Shown here: positions 40,157-51,800 of the stretch, piece by piece
Numbering within the stretch: the stretch's first letter is position 1
Layout of the letters: each line of letters begins with the position of its first letter
NCBI GenBank assembly: GCA_052279835.1
Contig: CP181291.1
Coordinates: 2,400,001-2,464,000, forward strand
Length of the DNA stretch: 64,000 nt
Source of the DNA: Microcoleus sp.
GTDB lineage: Bacteria > Cyanobacteriota > Cyanobacteriia > Cyanobacteriales > Microcoleaceae
Direction: 5' to 3'
Program-made: the position numbers and the translations under genes
Notes under the pieces: model-generated
Told to the model about the DNA's origin: nothing
The model's database searches: none
Seen by the model: only the letters and a program-made list of their open reading frames with translations

Positions 40157-40448
40157 TTTTTACGTGGTTAAAATTTGACCTATAAGTCCTGTATCTGGCT
40201 GGTAACTGTATCTGGCAATCCTCGATCCCGATATTTATCTCAGCAGGGTTGACAAATACGGGGCCGGACAGGATGTGAATAATTTTTGTGGATTTGTATT
40301 AATATAGTATACTAATGAGGTCAAGTTTGCAATCCTTTAGCTCCGACTGTCAGAGTAAGAGCGATGGGACTGCACCCCGCTAAATTTTTTAAGTCTTCTA
40401 TAATTTATTATACTAAAGAATCAAATCCATGAAAAAGGAACAGGAGAA

Positions 40449-42786
40449 ATGGAAATCGATGAAGATGTAAAGGAATTCCTGATTGAAGGTTATGAATATT
40501 TGAACCAAATTGAAGGGGATTTAGTGGCTCTGGAAAAAAATGATTCCGATCCAGAGGTGATGAATCGAATTTATCGCAATCTTCACACTATTAAAGGTAA
40601 TAGTGGGTTTCTGGGAGTGGAGAATTTGGAAGCGGTGGCTCACGCTGGGGAAAATTTGCTCAGCCTGTTGCGCGATCGCACAATTGTGATGACTCCCGAT
40701 ATCACTAGCGCTTTACTGGAGACAATCGACGCAGTGCGAGAGCACTTGGAAGCGCTGGAAACGACAGGAAAAGAAAGTTTAGTCGATCGCACTCCGTTAC
40801 TGATGCGACTGGCAAAACTGCAATCATCGGGTGAGGAGTTGGATGCAAGTGCGATCGCCCCACAAGACAGCATAGTTACCCCAGAATCTGTCCCAAAATC
40901 ACAGGAAAAACAGGATGCAACAGTAGATAGTTCCTCGGTGGAATCTAGCTTGTTTGCGACTGGCAAAATGGCGATTTTGACTAATCCGAATATCCCCAAC
41001 GAACAAACACCAGTTGATACTGAGGGCGATCGATTCAAGATTGCTGACACCGCCATCCGAGTCGATGTCGGCTTGCTAGACAAAGTAATGAATTTAGTAG
41101 GCGAATTGGTTTTGTGTCGCAACCAAATCCTAGAATTTGTGAATACACAAACAGCCCACCCACAAAATGATGATACTTTAAAATCCGTATCCAGCCGCTT
41201 AAATTTAGTTACTTCCGAATTGCAACAAGAAGTAATGAAAACTAGAATGCAGCCCATTCGGACAATTTGGAACAAGTTTCCCCGCGTGGTGCGCGACACA
41301 GCATTTAGCTTGGGAAAACAAGTGAATTTAGAAATGGAAGGAGAAGAAACTGAATTAGATAAAACTTTAATTGAGGCGATGGCCAATCCGCTGACTCACT
41401 TAGTCAGAAATTCTCTGGATCACGGCATTGAAACATCAGAAGTACGCACCGCCAAAGGCAAACCCGCGATCGGGAGGCTGTTTCTGCGAGCCTATCACGA
41501 AAGTGGTCAAGTAAACATTGAAATTTCTGATGACGGCGCGGGCATCGATCCAGATCGCCTTAAACATAAAGCAGTCCAAAACGGCATCATCTCTGCCCTA
41601 GAAGCCAGCCAAATGAGCGATCGCGAGGCACTAAATTTAATTTTTCTCCCCAGTTTTTCCACAGCCGAAAAAGTAACAAACCTTTCCGGTAGGGGAGTTG
41701 GTATGGATGTGGTACTCAAAAATATTGAAAAAATTAGCGGCACTATAGATGTTTATAGTCGAGTAGGCAAAGGTACAACTTTTAAGCTAAAAGTCCCTTT
41801 GACTCTAGCTATTATTCCGACATTAATTATTACTACTGGTGGCAATAGATACGCGATTCCACAAGTCAATTTACTAGAATTGCTCCGATTAGAAGGAGAA
41901 CAAATTAAACGCATCGAAATGTTTCATGGAACTCCCGTATATCGATTGCGAGGGCGACTGCTACCTTTGGTTTATTTAAACACAGAATTAAATATAGAAC
42001 CCCCAAAATCAACGCCTAAAATATTTCAAATGCCCCTAGATGATGGTCTGAATATAGTTGTAGTTCAAGCTAATGACAAACCCTTTGGATTAGTAGTAGA
42101 TGCCATCAACGACACTCAAGAAATCGTCGTCAAGCCTCTCGGAAAACAACTAAAATATTTATCTTGTTTTGCGGGAGCAACTATTATGGGTGACGGGAAA
42201 GTTGCTTTAATTTTGGACATTCATGGTATAGCTCAAAAAACCCACTGGAGTGAAGCCCAAGAAAAAGCTATTTTAGCAGACCAAAACAACGATAAAAAAT
42301 CTTCCGAACCACCCCAACAATTGCTAGTATTTCAGGGTCCAGATTGTCGGCGAATGGCTATTCACCTATCCCAAGTATCTCGCTTGGAAGAGTTTCCTCG
42401 CCATCTTTTAGAGCGTGTTGGTAAACAGGATATGGTGCAGTACCGCAACCAAATTATGCCCGTGATTTATTTGTCGGCTGTGTTTGGTAACGACGATGAT
42501 TTACCTAATTCATCAACAAATGGTTTAGTCGATCGCTCAGACTCCGCAAATGATAAACTATCCTTGATTGTGGTGTCAGTTGATTCAGGACAGCAAGTGG
42601 CCCTGGCGTGCGATCGCATTATCGATATTGTAGAAACAGGCGATCGACATCAAAGGTGCAGCTACTCAAGCAGGAATTGCCTATTGTGCTGTGATTCAGG
42701 ATCGAGTGACTGAAATCATTGATGTCGATTCAGTAATTAGTAACAATTTATTCGGAGTGCAGCAGATGTTAGCCAGCGCCCGCTAA
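40449..42786 (+). CDS. cheA: CheA histidine kinase with two CheW-like domains; +1 frameshift at ~42635
   Basis: HTIKG HPt, HLVRNSLDHGIE, GRGVGMDVV; removing one A restores ..QDRVTEIIDV.. to the stop at 42786. Confidence 0.92.
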
Positions 42787-42871
42787 AGCAATTCCACTCA
42801 CATCTTGCACCATCCTCAATCAGAGGTGGGAATGCCTGTTCGACAAAAAATCAAAAAAGGAATAATTCAAA

Positions 42872-43309
42872 ATGCCTGAAGCAACTCTCTTGTGTACTTT
42901 TTTCGTTGACAACTTATTTCTTGGCATAGAAGTTGAAAAAGTGCAAGAAATCACCCGTTACCAAGAGATGACACCAGTGCCCCTAGCACCAGCCGTAGTC
43001 GGCGGATTGATTAATTTAAGGGGTGAAATTGTCACGGCCATTGATTTGCGTCGCCGGTTCGATTTAAGCGATCGCCCAGGGGGAAAATTACCGCTAAATG
43101 CGATCGTGAGAACTGCTGATGAAACAGCTAGTTTATTAATCGATGATATTGGGGAAGTTTTAGAAGTAAACCAAAAAGATTTTGAAACCCCTCCTGATAC
43201 TTTTACGAGCAAATTGCGGCCGTTGATTCGAGGTGTATACAAGCTACCGAGTCAGTTGCTGCTATTTTTAGATGTAGAGAAAGTTGTGAAAATAGCAGAT
43301 AGTCAATAG
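42872..43309 (+). CDS. cheW: CheW coupling protein
   Basis: VQEI, PVPLAP, GLINLRGEIVTAIDL. Confidence 0.92.
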   Translation: MPEATLLCTFFVDNLFLGIEVEKVQEITRYQEMTPVPLAPAVVGGLINLRGEIVTAIDLRRRFDLSDRPGGKLPLNAIVRTADETASLLIDDIGEVLEVNQKDFETPPDTFTSKLRPLIRGVYKLPSQLLLFLDVEKVVKIADSQ

Positions 43310-43483
43310 CTAGAAGTTATTTGTTCCATGCAGCAACAGCCTGGGAATAGATACCTAGATGCTTTACCTCCAATTTATTGGTTATTTGTTATTAGTTACT
43401 TGTTATTCCTTGTTTCCCGCAATAGCCTGGGAATACATAGCTAGCTCCCATGCCCCATTACCCATTCCCCATTACCAATTAGT

Positions 43484-44320
43484 ATGTCCATAAGTATTGC
43501 AGATTTTGATTACATTCGTAAACTGGTGTACGATCGCACAGGTGTATTTCTCTCCGAAGACAAAACCTACCTCGTGGAATCGCGTTTAGGAATGTTAGCT
43601 AAAGAAACAGGCTCGAATTCTATCAGTGGGTTAGTCACTGAATTAAAACAAATCAAAGAAAATCGTTTTAACCCTCTTTACCAGTCCATTGTCGAAGCAA
43701 TGATGACTAACGAGACTTTTTTTTTCCGAGACATCAACCCTTTTGAAGTCTTACAGAAATCAGTAATCCCCGAATTATTAAAACAGCGACTAAACCACGA
43801 AACTTTAAATATTTGGTGCGCGGCTTGTTCCAGTGGTCAAGAACCCTACAGTATTGCGATGCTGCTGCGCGAATATTTTCCTCAGCTTGCTCACAATCAA
43901 GTCCAGATAATAGCCAGCGACATCTCTACAGCAATGTTGAAACGAGCGCGATCGGGACGCTACCAACAGCACGAAGTCGATCGAGGTTTACCAACCCCAT
44001 TTTTAGAAAAATACTTTCAGCATTGTGGCCAAGAATGGCAGATTAAAGAACAGATTCACCAGGCGATCGAATTTCGCGAACTCAATTTAACAGAACCTTT
44101 TAGAACTCTCCCTCAAATGGACATTATTTTTATGCGAAATGTCTTAATCTATTTCGATCTTAAAACCAAACAATCCATCTTAGCAAGAGTAGGACAAATA
44201 TTGCGCCCTAACGGTTACTTATTTCTAGGCGGAGGGGAAACAACAGTAAATCTTGACAACGCTTTTGAGCCAGTGCAATTTGAAAACGGTGTGTGTTACC
44301 GATTGAAGCGATCGAGTTGA
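43484..44320 (+). CDS. cheR: Chemotaxis methyltransferase
   Basis: TNETFFFRD, CSSGQEPYS, RNVLIYF. Confidence 0.95.
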   Translation: MSISIADFDYIRKLVYDRTGVFLSEDKTYLVESRLGMLAKETGSNSISGLVTELKQIKENRFNPLYQSIVEAMMTNETFFFRDINPFEVLQKSVIPELLKQRLNHETLNIWCAACSSGQEPYSIAMLLREYFPQLAHNQVQIIASDISTAMLKRARSGRYQQHEVDRGLPTPFLEKYFQHCGQEWQIKEQIHQAIEFRELNLTEPFRTLPQMDIIFMRNVLIYFDLKTKQSILARVGQILRPNGYLFLGGGETTVNLDNAFEPVQFENGVCYRLKRSS

Positions 44321-44407
44321 CAATCAAGCAATTCGGTGAAATGCCAACTCCCAAGGGCTGTAGCAGCGAACATTACAAGCCGTAGGCTAAATTTTTAAAT
44401 CTTCAAT

Positions 44408-45421
44408 CTAAAATTTAACATTGGATGGCCAAATAGGCAACTGATTAACCTTTTCCAGTGTTATATCTACATATGTTTCCTCACCAGCCACCCGATTTTC
44501 TCCAAAATATCCATCATCACCATCATGCTTATGAGGCCCGCTCAAAGCTTCTGCATAGCGATTTTCTAAACGAGCTTGATTGAATGGTGAACCCACAAAG
44601 CAGTACCAGCGACTGGGAAAAACTATACCACCAATATCCTCAATTGAGTCGCGAGAACCGCGAAAATGAAAAATGCGATCGGCATCTGCAAAACCATTTT
44701 CTCCCGAAAACACACCGCCAACCGAAACCACAGTAATTTCTCCCTTCAGCCATTGTTTAAGATAGTGAGTAGCACCCAGAGCAACTTGTGCCCCACCGCT
44801 AGTTCCAATTAAAATAACTTTCAAAGGTTTTTCAGGAGCCTGTGAAATCAGATATTTAGCATTCATCCGCTCAATAATTACATTGGCAATTCCCTGATTA
44901 TAAGCCTGACCGTAGCGATAATCTAAAGAAATTGCAAACCGCCAGAGATTGCGAATTTTGATGAATATATCGCCCGCAATCGGCCCACTTTTTGCGTGTT
45001 CTGCAAACCGCCAAAAAGGTGCTAACAGCCTTTCTCCTCCTAAACTTTTGTTAGAAGCTGAATAAGGAAAAATATCACCCACGGCTACACACTGCGGATG
45101 ACTTTTTACTAAACTCTTGAGAAAAAATGCTTCCCCACGGGTTAATTCGTCCCCCGAAAAATCGCCTACTCCTGGCAAAAAAACAATATAACAATTGAGA
45201 GGAGAAGACTTACTTTGTTCGATATTAATGTTTTTAGAAGGTAAGAGAGCCGGCGGAGTTTTTTTTAAACCCAAACTCTCGGCATTTTGACCAAGCCACC
45301 AGATAATAGTACCTACTGGCGAAACAATACCCCAGACGATCAGTATTGTACCGGCGACGAGCAACAAATTTAAACTTCCCCCACGCAGCCAGACAAGTAT
45401 CCGTAAAATCAACTTCAACAT
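44408..45421 (-). CDS. Membrane-anchored alpha/beta-hydrolase-like protein
   Basis: N-terminal TM, FLPG, GTSGG nucleophile elbow, C-terminal His. Confidence 0.55.
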   Translation of the reverse strand: MLKLILRILVWLRGGSLNLLLVAGTILIVWGIVSPVGTIIWWLGQNAESLGLKKTPPALLPSKNINIEQSKSSPLNCYIVFLPGVGDFSGDELTRGEAFFLKSLVKSHPQCVAVGDIFPYSASNKSLGGERLLAPFWRFAEHAKSGPIAGDIFIKIRNLWRFAISLDYRYGQAYNQGIANVIIERMNAKYLISQAPEKPLKVILIGTSGGAQVALGATHYLKQWLKGEITVVSVGGVFSGENGFADADRIFHFRGSRDSIEDIGGIVFPSRWYCFVGSPFNQARLENRYAEALSGPHKHDGDDGYFGENRVAGEETYVDITLEKVNQLPIWPSNVKF

Positions 45422-45543
45422 TTAATAAAATTTGGTAAAATACCAATAAGTTTTCTAATTGAGGAACAATACTTGGTGTATTTTTATGTATTAGAGCCGA
45501 TTCTGTAGAAAATGTCAACTATCTTCAGGAGCAGTAATCAAAA

Positions 45544-46110
45544 GTGAGGGGAAAAGATTCAATTGCGGGTTTAGGGGTAACGCTATGGAACGCCCTTTCT
45601 TTAAACGGCAATTTTTACGAAAATACTTCATACACTGCCAAAACTAAGCGGATAGCATTAACAATTGTAATTTTAGCAGCGTTGTCTAAGGTTCTGGGTA
45701 ATGCAGTCATTTTGTTAATCAATCGAACTGAGGCCCCGGTGCTATTTTTAGCTCTTTTGATAGATGGTTTGGCAGTGGTGGGAGGTTATTATTTTTGGAC
45801 TTTTACTATCTCTAAAATCGGGGATTGGCTAAAACCAGGTCACGTAAATTATGGGGAATTACTAATTCCCATCGGATTTGCCTACGCACCCCAAGTGCTG
45901 AATTTTTTAACCCTAATTCCCTTGTTGGGAGAAGGAATAGAGCGGATATTAGCTGTTTGGAGTTTGCTAGCGGTAATTGTGGGAGTTCGCCAAGGGTTGG
46001 ATATTAAAACTCGCTGGGCGGTGTTAATTTGTTTGGTGGGTTGGCCCTTAATTCAAATTGCGATCGGATTTATGAAAATAATTGAACAATTGCTTTCAGG
46101 CTGGTTCTAA
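45544..46110 (+). CDS. Yip1-like multi-pass membrane protein
   Basis: About five TM helices, GFAYAP motif. Confidence 0.7.
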   Translation: MRGKDSIAGLGVTLWNALSLNGNFYENTSYTAKTKRIALTIVILAALSKVLGNAVILLINRTEAPVLFLALLIDGLAVVGGYYFWTFTISKIGDWLKPGHVNYGELLIPIGFAYAPQVLNFLTLIPLLGEGIERILAVWSLLAVIVGVRQGLDIKTRWAVLICLVGWPLIQIAIGFMKIIEQLLSGWF

Positions 46111-46114
46111 TTCA

Positions 46115-49100
46115 TCAATAGGGAAGCACCATTTTAAACTCTGCTCCCTCTCCCGGTGCAGAGTCACAAATCAACTTTCCTCCGTGCTGATCTAGCACAA
46201 TTTTATAACTGATTGACAGTCCCAAACCAGTGCCTTTACCCACTGGTTTTGTAGTAAAAAACGGATCGAAAATTCTGGCTTTAACCTCCGAATTCATCCC
46301 CATACCATTATCAGCAATCCGAATCGCCACTTTATTTTTTTCTAATACTTCAGTCACAATCCAAATTGTCGGAGGCTGTGTCTGGTCAACTTTGCTGCCA
46401 ATTCCTCGAGACAAAGCATCAATAGCATTCATCAGTAAATTCATAAATACCTGATTAATTTCTCCGGCATAGCAGTTCACCAAAGGCAAGTGTGCGTACT
46501 GCTTAATCACTGTTATTCCACTTAATCTTTTCTGCAAAATCATCAAGGTACTGTCGATGCCTTCATGGAGATTCACCCATTTTATTTCTGATTCATCAAG
46601 TCTGGCAAAATTTCGCAACGACAGCACAATATCGCGAACTCTCCCAGCACCTACTTTCATCGAATCAATCATTTTATAAAAATCTTGGATTAAAAAATCT
46701 AACTCGATTTCCTCACTTTTATCGACTATAGACTGCACCGGCTGTGGGTAATATTTTTGGTATAAAAGCAATAAATCAACTAGATTTTGAAGATATCGAT
46801 CGCTATAATGCAAATTTCCATGAATAAAATTAATCGGATTATTAATTTCGTGAGCAATTCCCCCAACTAATTGCCCTAAACTCGACATTTTTTCACTTTG
46901 AATTAACTGTAATTGAGTGCGACTTAGTTCTTCTAAGGTGGCTTGTAATTCCTGAGTCCTTTCGACCACTCGCTTTTCCAGAACTGTATAGAAACTGGAA
47001 TTTTCTAAAGATATCGCTGCTTGTGCTGACAGCATTTTCAAAACTTCTAACCTTTCCTTGGTAAAAGCACCTTTGATGAGATTATTTTCTAAGTAAAAAA
47101 TTCCTTTCAGATTGCCTTGATGAATCACGGGAAATACCAGAATAGATAGGGGTTGATGGAGGGTAAGATAAGGATCAAAATTGAATTTATCGGCGACTGT
47201 AGCATCTTCTAAAACTAAGGGTTCTCTAGTTCTTTCTACATAGTTAATCAAGGAAATTGGCAACATTCCACCTTCGGTTATTGGCAGAGATTCCAGCACG
47301 GTAACATCATTGTTGTCACCGAATAATGCCACTTCTATTGCTAATTTATGACCCGTATTGGCAATAAAAATTATTTTCTGCGCTCCGGCATTTTCCCTGA
47401 TGATATATAGGAGTTTCTCTAACAAACTACTGATAAAAACTTCACCAGAAAGAGCTTGAGATGCTTTGACAACTGTTGATATATCAAGGGATAAGTTCTG
47501 ATTAATCGTGGTTGTTACAGTGGTGGCACTGACATTGGGAGAGAGGATTTGTCGCGAGCGATCGACTAAATAATCATAGCGAGATTCTAAGTCTTTAACT
47601 TTGGCTATAGCTCCCCAGTGTATGTAAGCATAATAAGCTTTATCCAGATAAGCTCTCGCAATTATTTCCTTACCGGAAGATTGATAAAACTCTCCAGCTA
47701 ATTCGTAAGCTAATGCTTCTTCTTGGAGATAACCGTTAGCAGCAGCTCCTTTAATAGCTAGGTCATAATAGTCCATTGCTTCTAGCTGATTGCCTAGTAT
47801 TCGAGCTTTTTCCGCAGCCACCAAGTCAAATTTATGTTGATAGTTCATGGGTGCATGGTAGGCCCACAACTTCATTTTTATCTGATTGGATTCAACAATA
47901 GCTAAAGATTCTGTTGGATTAGCTGTCTGGGGGTAGTCAGCTAAGAGAGAAAGCGAATAATAAAAATTATGTACCCCGATAGTAATCAGCCCGATCGCCC
48001 CATCTGCATATTCTACTGCTAGTTTAGCCCTAGCCACAGCCAGAGCATAATCTTTAAATAAGAACAGCATCATCACTTGAGCTACATAAGCAGCAAATAG
48101 CGACATTCGATTATTCTGTTTCCGCCACAGAGACAGCATCGCCGTGTCATCCAATCCACGGCTAACTAAGGCTACTTGCTCTGCTGTTTCACTTCTTAAA
48201 CTCAAAGCAACTACTTGCCAAATTTTAGCATAACCAATGGCAAATTCATGCTTATTTTTTGCCAAAAATTGCATATATATAGCTTGTTGCTGTTCGACAT
48301 ATTCTAAAGGTTCTCCCACTAGAAACAAATTGATAATGTAGTGCTTAGAGCTATAAATAGCCCATTCCATATCACCTACTTCTACACCGCTTTTCCTTGC
48401 TTCTAAAAATCCAGATAATGTATTTTTAGCAGGCTCTTGCCAAAATTTTATGTGGCCATTAAACATGACGTAAACTTTGGCTTTATGTTGAAGAGCATGG
48501 AATTTTTCCAACAGTTTTAAGGCAATGATTCCAGCATGATATCCAGAGACTATATCACCCTTAACTCCACATAACATCATGCCATAAAGAGTATAGGGAA
48601 AAGCGGCTAACCCTGAATGGCCCTTTGTCAGACAAAGATTTACCATTGTCAAGACGAGTGGCGACACAATTTCGGGTTTGGCAATATAAGCAGGAGGATA
48701 GATAGCTATTAGTATTTGCAACGCTGCTAGTTGATAGGGATCTGTCATTTCTGGCAGGTTTTCTACATCATCAATGCTCGGCAAGTTAGGAATTTCTAGG
48801 TTTTCGTCTAATAATTTAAATCCGAGAATATTCAAGACTTCAATGCCAGTTTCCACAGCTTTCAGCATCTGGCTTTGAGCTTGAAATATCTGTATTTGAA
48901 TCTGATACACTTTCATGCGATCGAGCAGATCTTTCGCACAACTTAAAACTACTTCTACCAAAGCTGTGGCTTGCTCAAAATTAGTATTGAAACATTCTGC
49001 TTCTGCCAATTCTACATATAACTGAAGTGTCACATCATAGTTAGTAACCCAACTATCAGATGCTAATAGTGACATTGCTGCCTTAAAATATTTGACAGTA

Positions 49101-51451
49101 GCTTCGTAAGCATTAGCAGCTTTTGCCTTACGCCCAGCAATCAGATTTAATTCTGCGAGCTCTGTTTTTTCCACAGCAACTTCGATGTTGTCAATTCCCA
49201 CATTCAACTGATTAACAATCTCAAAAATATTTTCCTCTAATTTATCGTGGGGCGTGCTTTCCAAGAGCATTTTACCTATGCTCATATGGGTGGCTTTTTT
49301 GTCACTATCGGGAATCAGAGAATAAGCTGCTTGCTGGACTCGATCGTGTAAAAATTTATAACCTACTAGGGCAGGGTTGAAGCTTAAATCAATTGCTTCT
49401 TTCCCATCGAAAAGTAAAGGAATCAGGTAATTTTCATTCAAAGGAAGTATCAACCCCGCTTGCAAAGCCTCCCATAATTCCAACCCAGTGACTGAGATAG
49501 ACTTTTTGTTAATTGTAGACAGAACATCTAGAGTGAAATTGTCCCCAATACAAGCAGCTAATTGCAAAATATTTTGTGTAATTTTTGGTAGTTGTTGCAG
49601 GCGATTTGCTAACAGTTCTACTACATTTTTATCGGTAATTCCAATAGCTTGAATAGCTTCTATGTTCCACTGCCATGCAGCTTGGGGAAAATCAAACCTT
49701 AAGAGATTTTCTTGATAAATAGCTTTGATTAACTGAGTTAAAAAAAATGGATTTCCCCCAGTTTTATTCCACAGCAATCTAGCTAAATCTTGACAAACTT
49801 CTGATTTGTTTAATGTGTCAGATATGAATCTGTTAACCTGGTCTAAATCAAGGGGCTTTAATACTAAATTGTTGACATTTATTCCCTGTTCCTGAATATG
49901 TTTTACTGTTTGCATCAAAGGATGTGTAGAGTTAACTTCATTATCCCGATAGGCTCCAATTAATAACAAATATTTCGTCTCAGGATTGGTGGCCAGTAAT
50001 TCAATTAATTTCAAGGTTGCTGAATCAGCCCACTGCAAGTCATCGAGAAATATGACTAATGGATGTTCTTTCCGTGCAAATACATGAATTAAATCTTTGA
50101 ATAACCTGTGAAAGCGATTTTGTGCTTCTTTTGGGGCAAGTTCAGGGACTGGTGGCTGTTTACCAATCAGCAATTCTAGTTCAGGAATTACGTCAATAAT
50201 TACTTGTGCTGAATCACCGAGTGCAGCTAAAAGTTTATGTTTCCAGGTTTGTAAATTTTTGCTACTTTCTGTAAGTAACTGCTGGCTCAAAGATTGAAAA
50301 GCTTGAATTAACGATGCGTAAGGTGTATTCCGCTGGAATTGGTCAAATTTACCGGAAATAAAATAGCCGCGCTGTCGGGTAATAGGTTTATGAATTTCTT
50401 TAACTGTTGCTGATTTGCCGATACCTGAATAACCAGATACTAGCATCATTTCGATTTGGGAATGGGAAGAATTTTCAGCTACCGGATTAGCTATCCGTTC
50501 AAAGGCGGCTAATAATTCGCTTACTTGTTTTTCCCGTCCGTACAATTTTTGGGGAATCAATAACTGACTTAATATATCTAATTTTCCGGGGCAGAAATCA
50601 GTAATTTTTCCCTTGTTTATTAATTGATGTAAACAATTTTCCAAATCTGCTAATAATCCGGCGGCGCTTTGATACCTGTCTTCGGCATTCTTTGCGATCA
50701 ATTTCATGACTATGTGGGAAATAGTCTGCGGAATGTCGGGATTTATTTGGTCTGGTAAAATGGCTTGAGAGGCTATGTGACTGTAAACTATTTCTAAGGG
50801 GTCGTTACTGGGAAAGGGTAATTCACCTGTTAGCATTTCATACAGGGTAACTCCTAGGGAATAGAAGTCGGTGCGGTAGTCGAGAAATCGGTTCATTCTC
50901 CCAGTTTGTTCGGGAGACATATAAGCAAAAGTACCGAAGGTTGAGTTAAAATTATTGATTTGGGGATTTTCTTTGGGCAATTGCGAAGCAATACCGAAAT
51001 CGGTTAATTTAATCACTCCTGTTTGAGAGTTGATAATAATGTTGCTGGGTTTTATATCTTTATGAATAATGTTGTGAAGATGCAGGTATTTTAAACTGTT
51101 GGCGATCGCGATCGCAATCTTCAGACAAGTAATGAGTTCGAGTTTTTGTCTCGACATTAGTCGATCGACTGATTCGCCACCAAAATCTTCTAAAAGCAAG
51201 CCCAAGCGATTGTTGTAACTTTTCAGGCTCAGGACTTTCACTAGACCAGGATAGTCTAAGTTTTCCCGAATCCGGTACTCATGCTTGAGGCGAGTAATGG
51301 CATCGAGGGTAGGATATTCTGCTTTTAGGATCTTGAGTATGGTTGTTTGCTGCTGGTGAGGAATATTCCCTCGGTAAATAATGGTTTCTATACCTTCGTA
51401 CAAAGTAGAATGGATTTGGTATTGTGAGCGAAAGGGCATGGGCTTTTCCAA
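46115..51451 (-). CDS. Ser/Thr kinase-AAA ATPase-GAF-histidine kinase (HstK-type)
   Basis: HKDIKPSN, DFG, GYSGIGKS, DDLQWAD, GAF, HEINNP, GTGLGL. Confidence 0.93.
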   Translation of the reverse strand: MEKPMPFRSQYQIHSTLYEGIETIIYRGNIPHQQQTTILKILKAEYPTLDAITRLKHEYRIRENLDYPGLVKVLSLKSYNNRLGLLLEDFGGESVDRLMSRQKLELITCLKIAIAIANSLKYLHLHNIIHKDIKPSNIIINSQTGVIKLTDFGIASQLPKENPQINNFNSTFGTFAYMSPEQTGRMNRFLDYRTDFYSLGVTLYEMLTGELPFPSNDPLEIVYSHIASQAILPDQINPDIPQTISHIVMKLIAKNAEDRYQSAAGLLADLENCLHQLINKGKITDFCPGKLDILSQLLIPQKLYGREKQVSELLAAFERIANPVAENSSHSQIEMMLVSGYSGIGKSATVKEIHKPITRQRGYFISGKFDQFQRNTPYASLIQAFQSLSQQLLTESSKNLQTWKHKLLAALGDSAQVIIDVIPELELLIGKQPPVPELAPKEAQNRFHRLFKDLIHVFARKEHPLVIFLDDLQWADSATLKLIELLATNPETKYLLLIGAYRDNEVNSTHPLMQTVKHIQEQGINVNNLVLKPLDLDQVNRFISDTLNKSEVCQDLARLLWNKTGGNPFFLTQLIKAIYQENLLRFDFPQAAWQWNIEAIQAIGITDKNVVELLANRLQQLPKITQNILQLAACIGDNFTLDVLSTINKKSISVTGLELWEALQAGLILPLNENYLIPLLFDGKEAIDLSFNPALVGYKFLHDRVQQAAYSLIPDSDKKATHMSIGKMLLESTPHDKLEENIFEIVNQLNVGIDNIEVAVEKTELAELNLIAGRKAKAANAYEATVKYFKAAMSLLASDSWVTNYDVTLQLYVELAEAECFNTNFEQATALVEVVLSCAKDLLDRMKVYQIQIQIFQAQSQMLKAVETGIEVLNILGFKLLDENLEIPNLPSIDDVENLPEMTDPYQLAALQILIAIYPPAYIAKPEIVSPLVLTMVNLCLTKGHSGLAAFPYTLYGMMLCGVKGDIVSGYHAGIIALKLLEKFHALQHKAKVYVMFNGHIKFWQEPAKNTLSGFLEARKSGVEVGDMEWAIYSSKHYIINLFLVGEPLEYVEQQQAIYMQFLAKNKHEFAIGYAKIWQVVALSLRSETAEQVALVSRGLDDTAMLSLWRKQNNRMSLFAAYVAQVMMLFLFKDYALAVARAKLAVEYADGAIGLITIGVHNFYYSLSLLADYPQTANPTESLAIVESNQIKMKLWAYHAPMNYQHKFDLVAAEKARILGNQLEAMDYYDLAIKGAAANGYLQEEALAYELAGEFYQSSGKEIIARAYLDKAYYAYIHWGAIAKVKDLESRYDYLVDRSRQILSPNVSATTVTTTINQNLSLDISTVVKASQALSGEVFISSLLEKLLYIIRENAGAQKIIFIANTGHKLAIEVALFGDNNDVTVLESLPITEGGMLPISLINYVERTREPLVLEDATVADKFNFDPYLTLHQPLSILVFPVIHQGNLKGIFYLENNLIKGAFTKERLEVLKMLSAQAAISLENSSFYTVLEKRVVERTQELQATLEELSRTQLQLIQSEKMSSLGQLVGGIAHEINNPINFIHGNLHYSDRYLQNLVDLLLLYQKYYPQPVQSIVDKSEEIELDFLIQDFYKMIDSMKVGAGRVRDIVLSLRNFARLDESEIKWVNLHEGIDSTLMILQKRLSGITVIKQYAHLPLVNCYAGEINQVFMNLLMNAIDALSRGIGSKVDQTQPPTIWIVTEVLEKNKVAIRIADNGMGMNSEVKARIFDPFFTTKPVGKGTGLGLSISYKIVLDQHGGKLICDSAPGEGAEFKMVLPY

Positions 51452-51800
51452 ATAACTCAGTGGATTAGAGATTTATACTTGACATGGCCATCATGGCATG
51501 GCTAAGTGAAAACCCGGAAAATTTGATAGGTCGAACGGGTGACACGGAAAGGATTCCGATATAGAATATTGGTAAGTATGTAATTTTTCTGAGATTCCTT
51601 TTAATTAATATCCCAACTAAGTAGCGGACGGCAACCACCCCCCTACTATTCGGCTCTCCTCACTGTCGGCACATCCTCAGCAGCGATACATTATATTGAA
51701 GTAAATACACAAAAATTTACATATATAATTTGTGTATTACTCAAAATCGCTCCTCACCAGCAGCGATACAGCCCTAGCCAAGTTAGTAGGATGGGAAAAT

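Noticed and set aside
46115..51451. Giant kinase-ATPase as an Avs/STAND defence protein
   Set aside because: The architecture matches the common cyanobacterial Ser/Thr kinase-GAF-histidine kinase family
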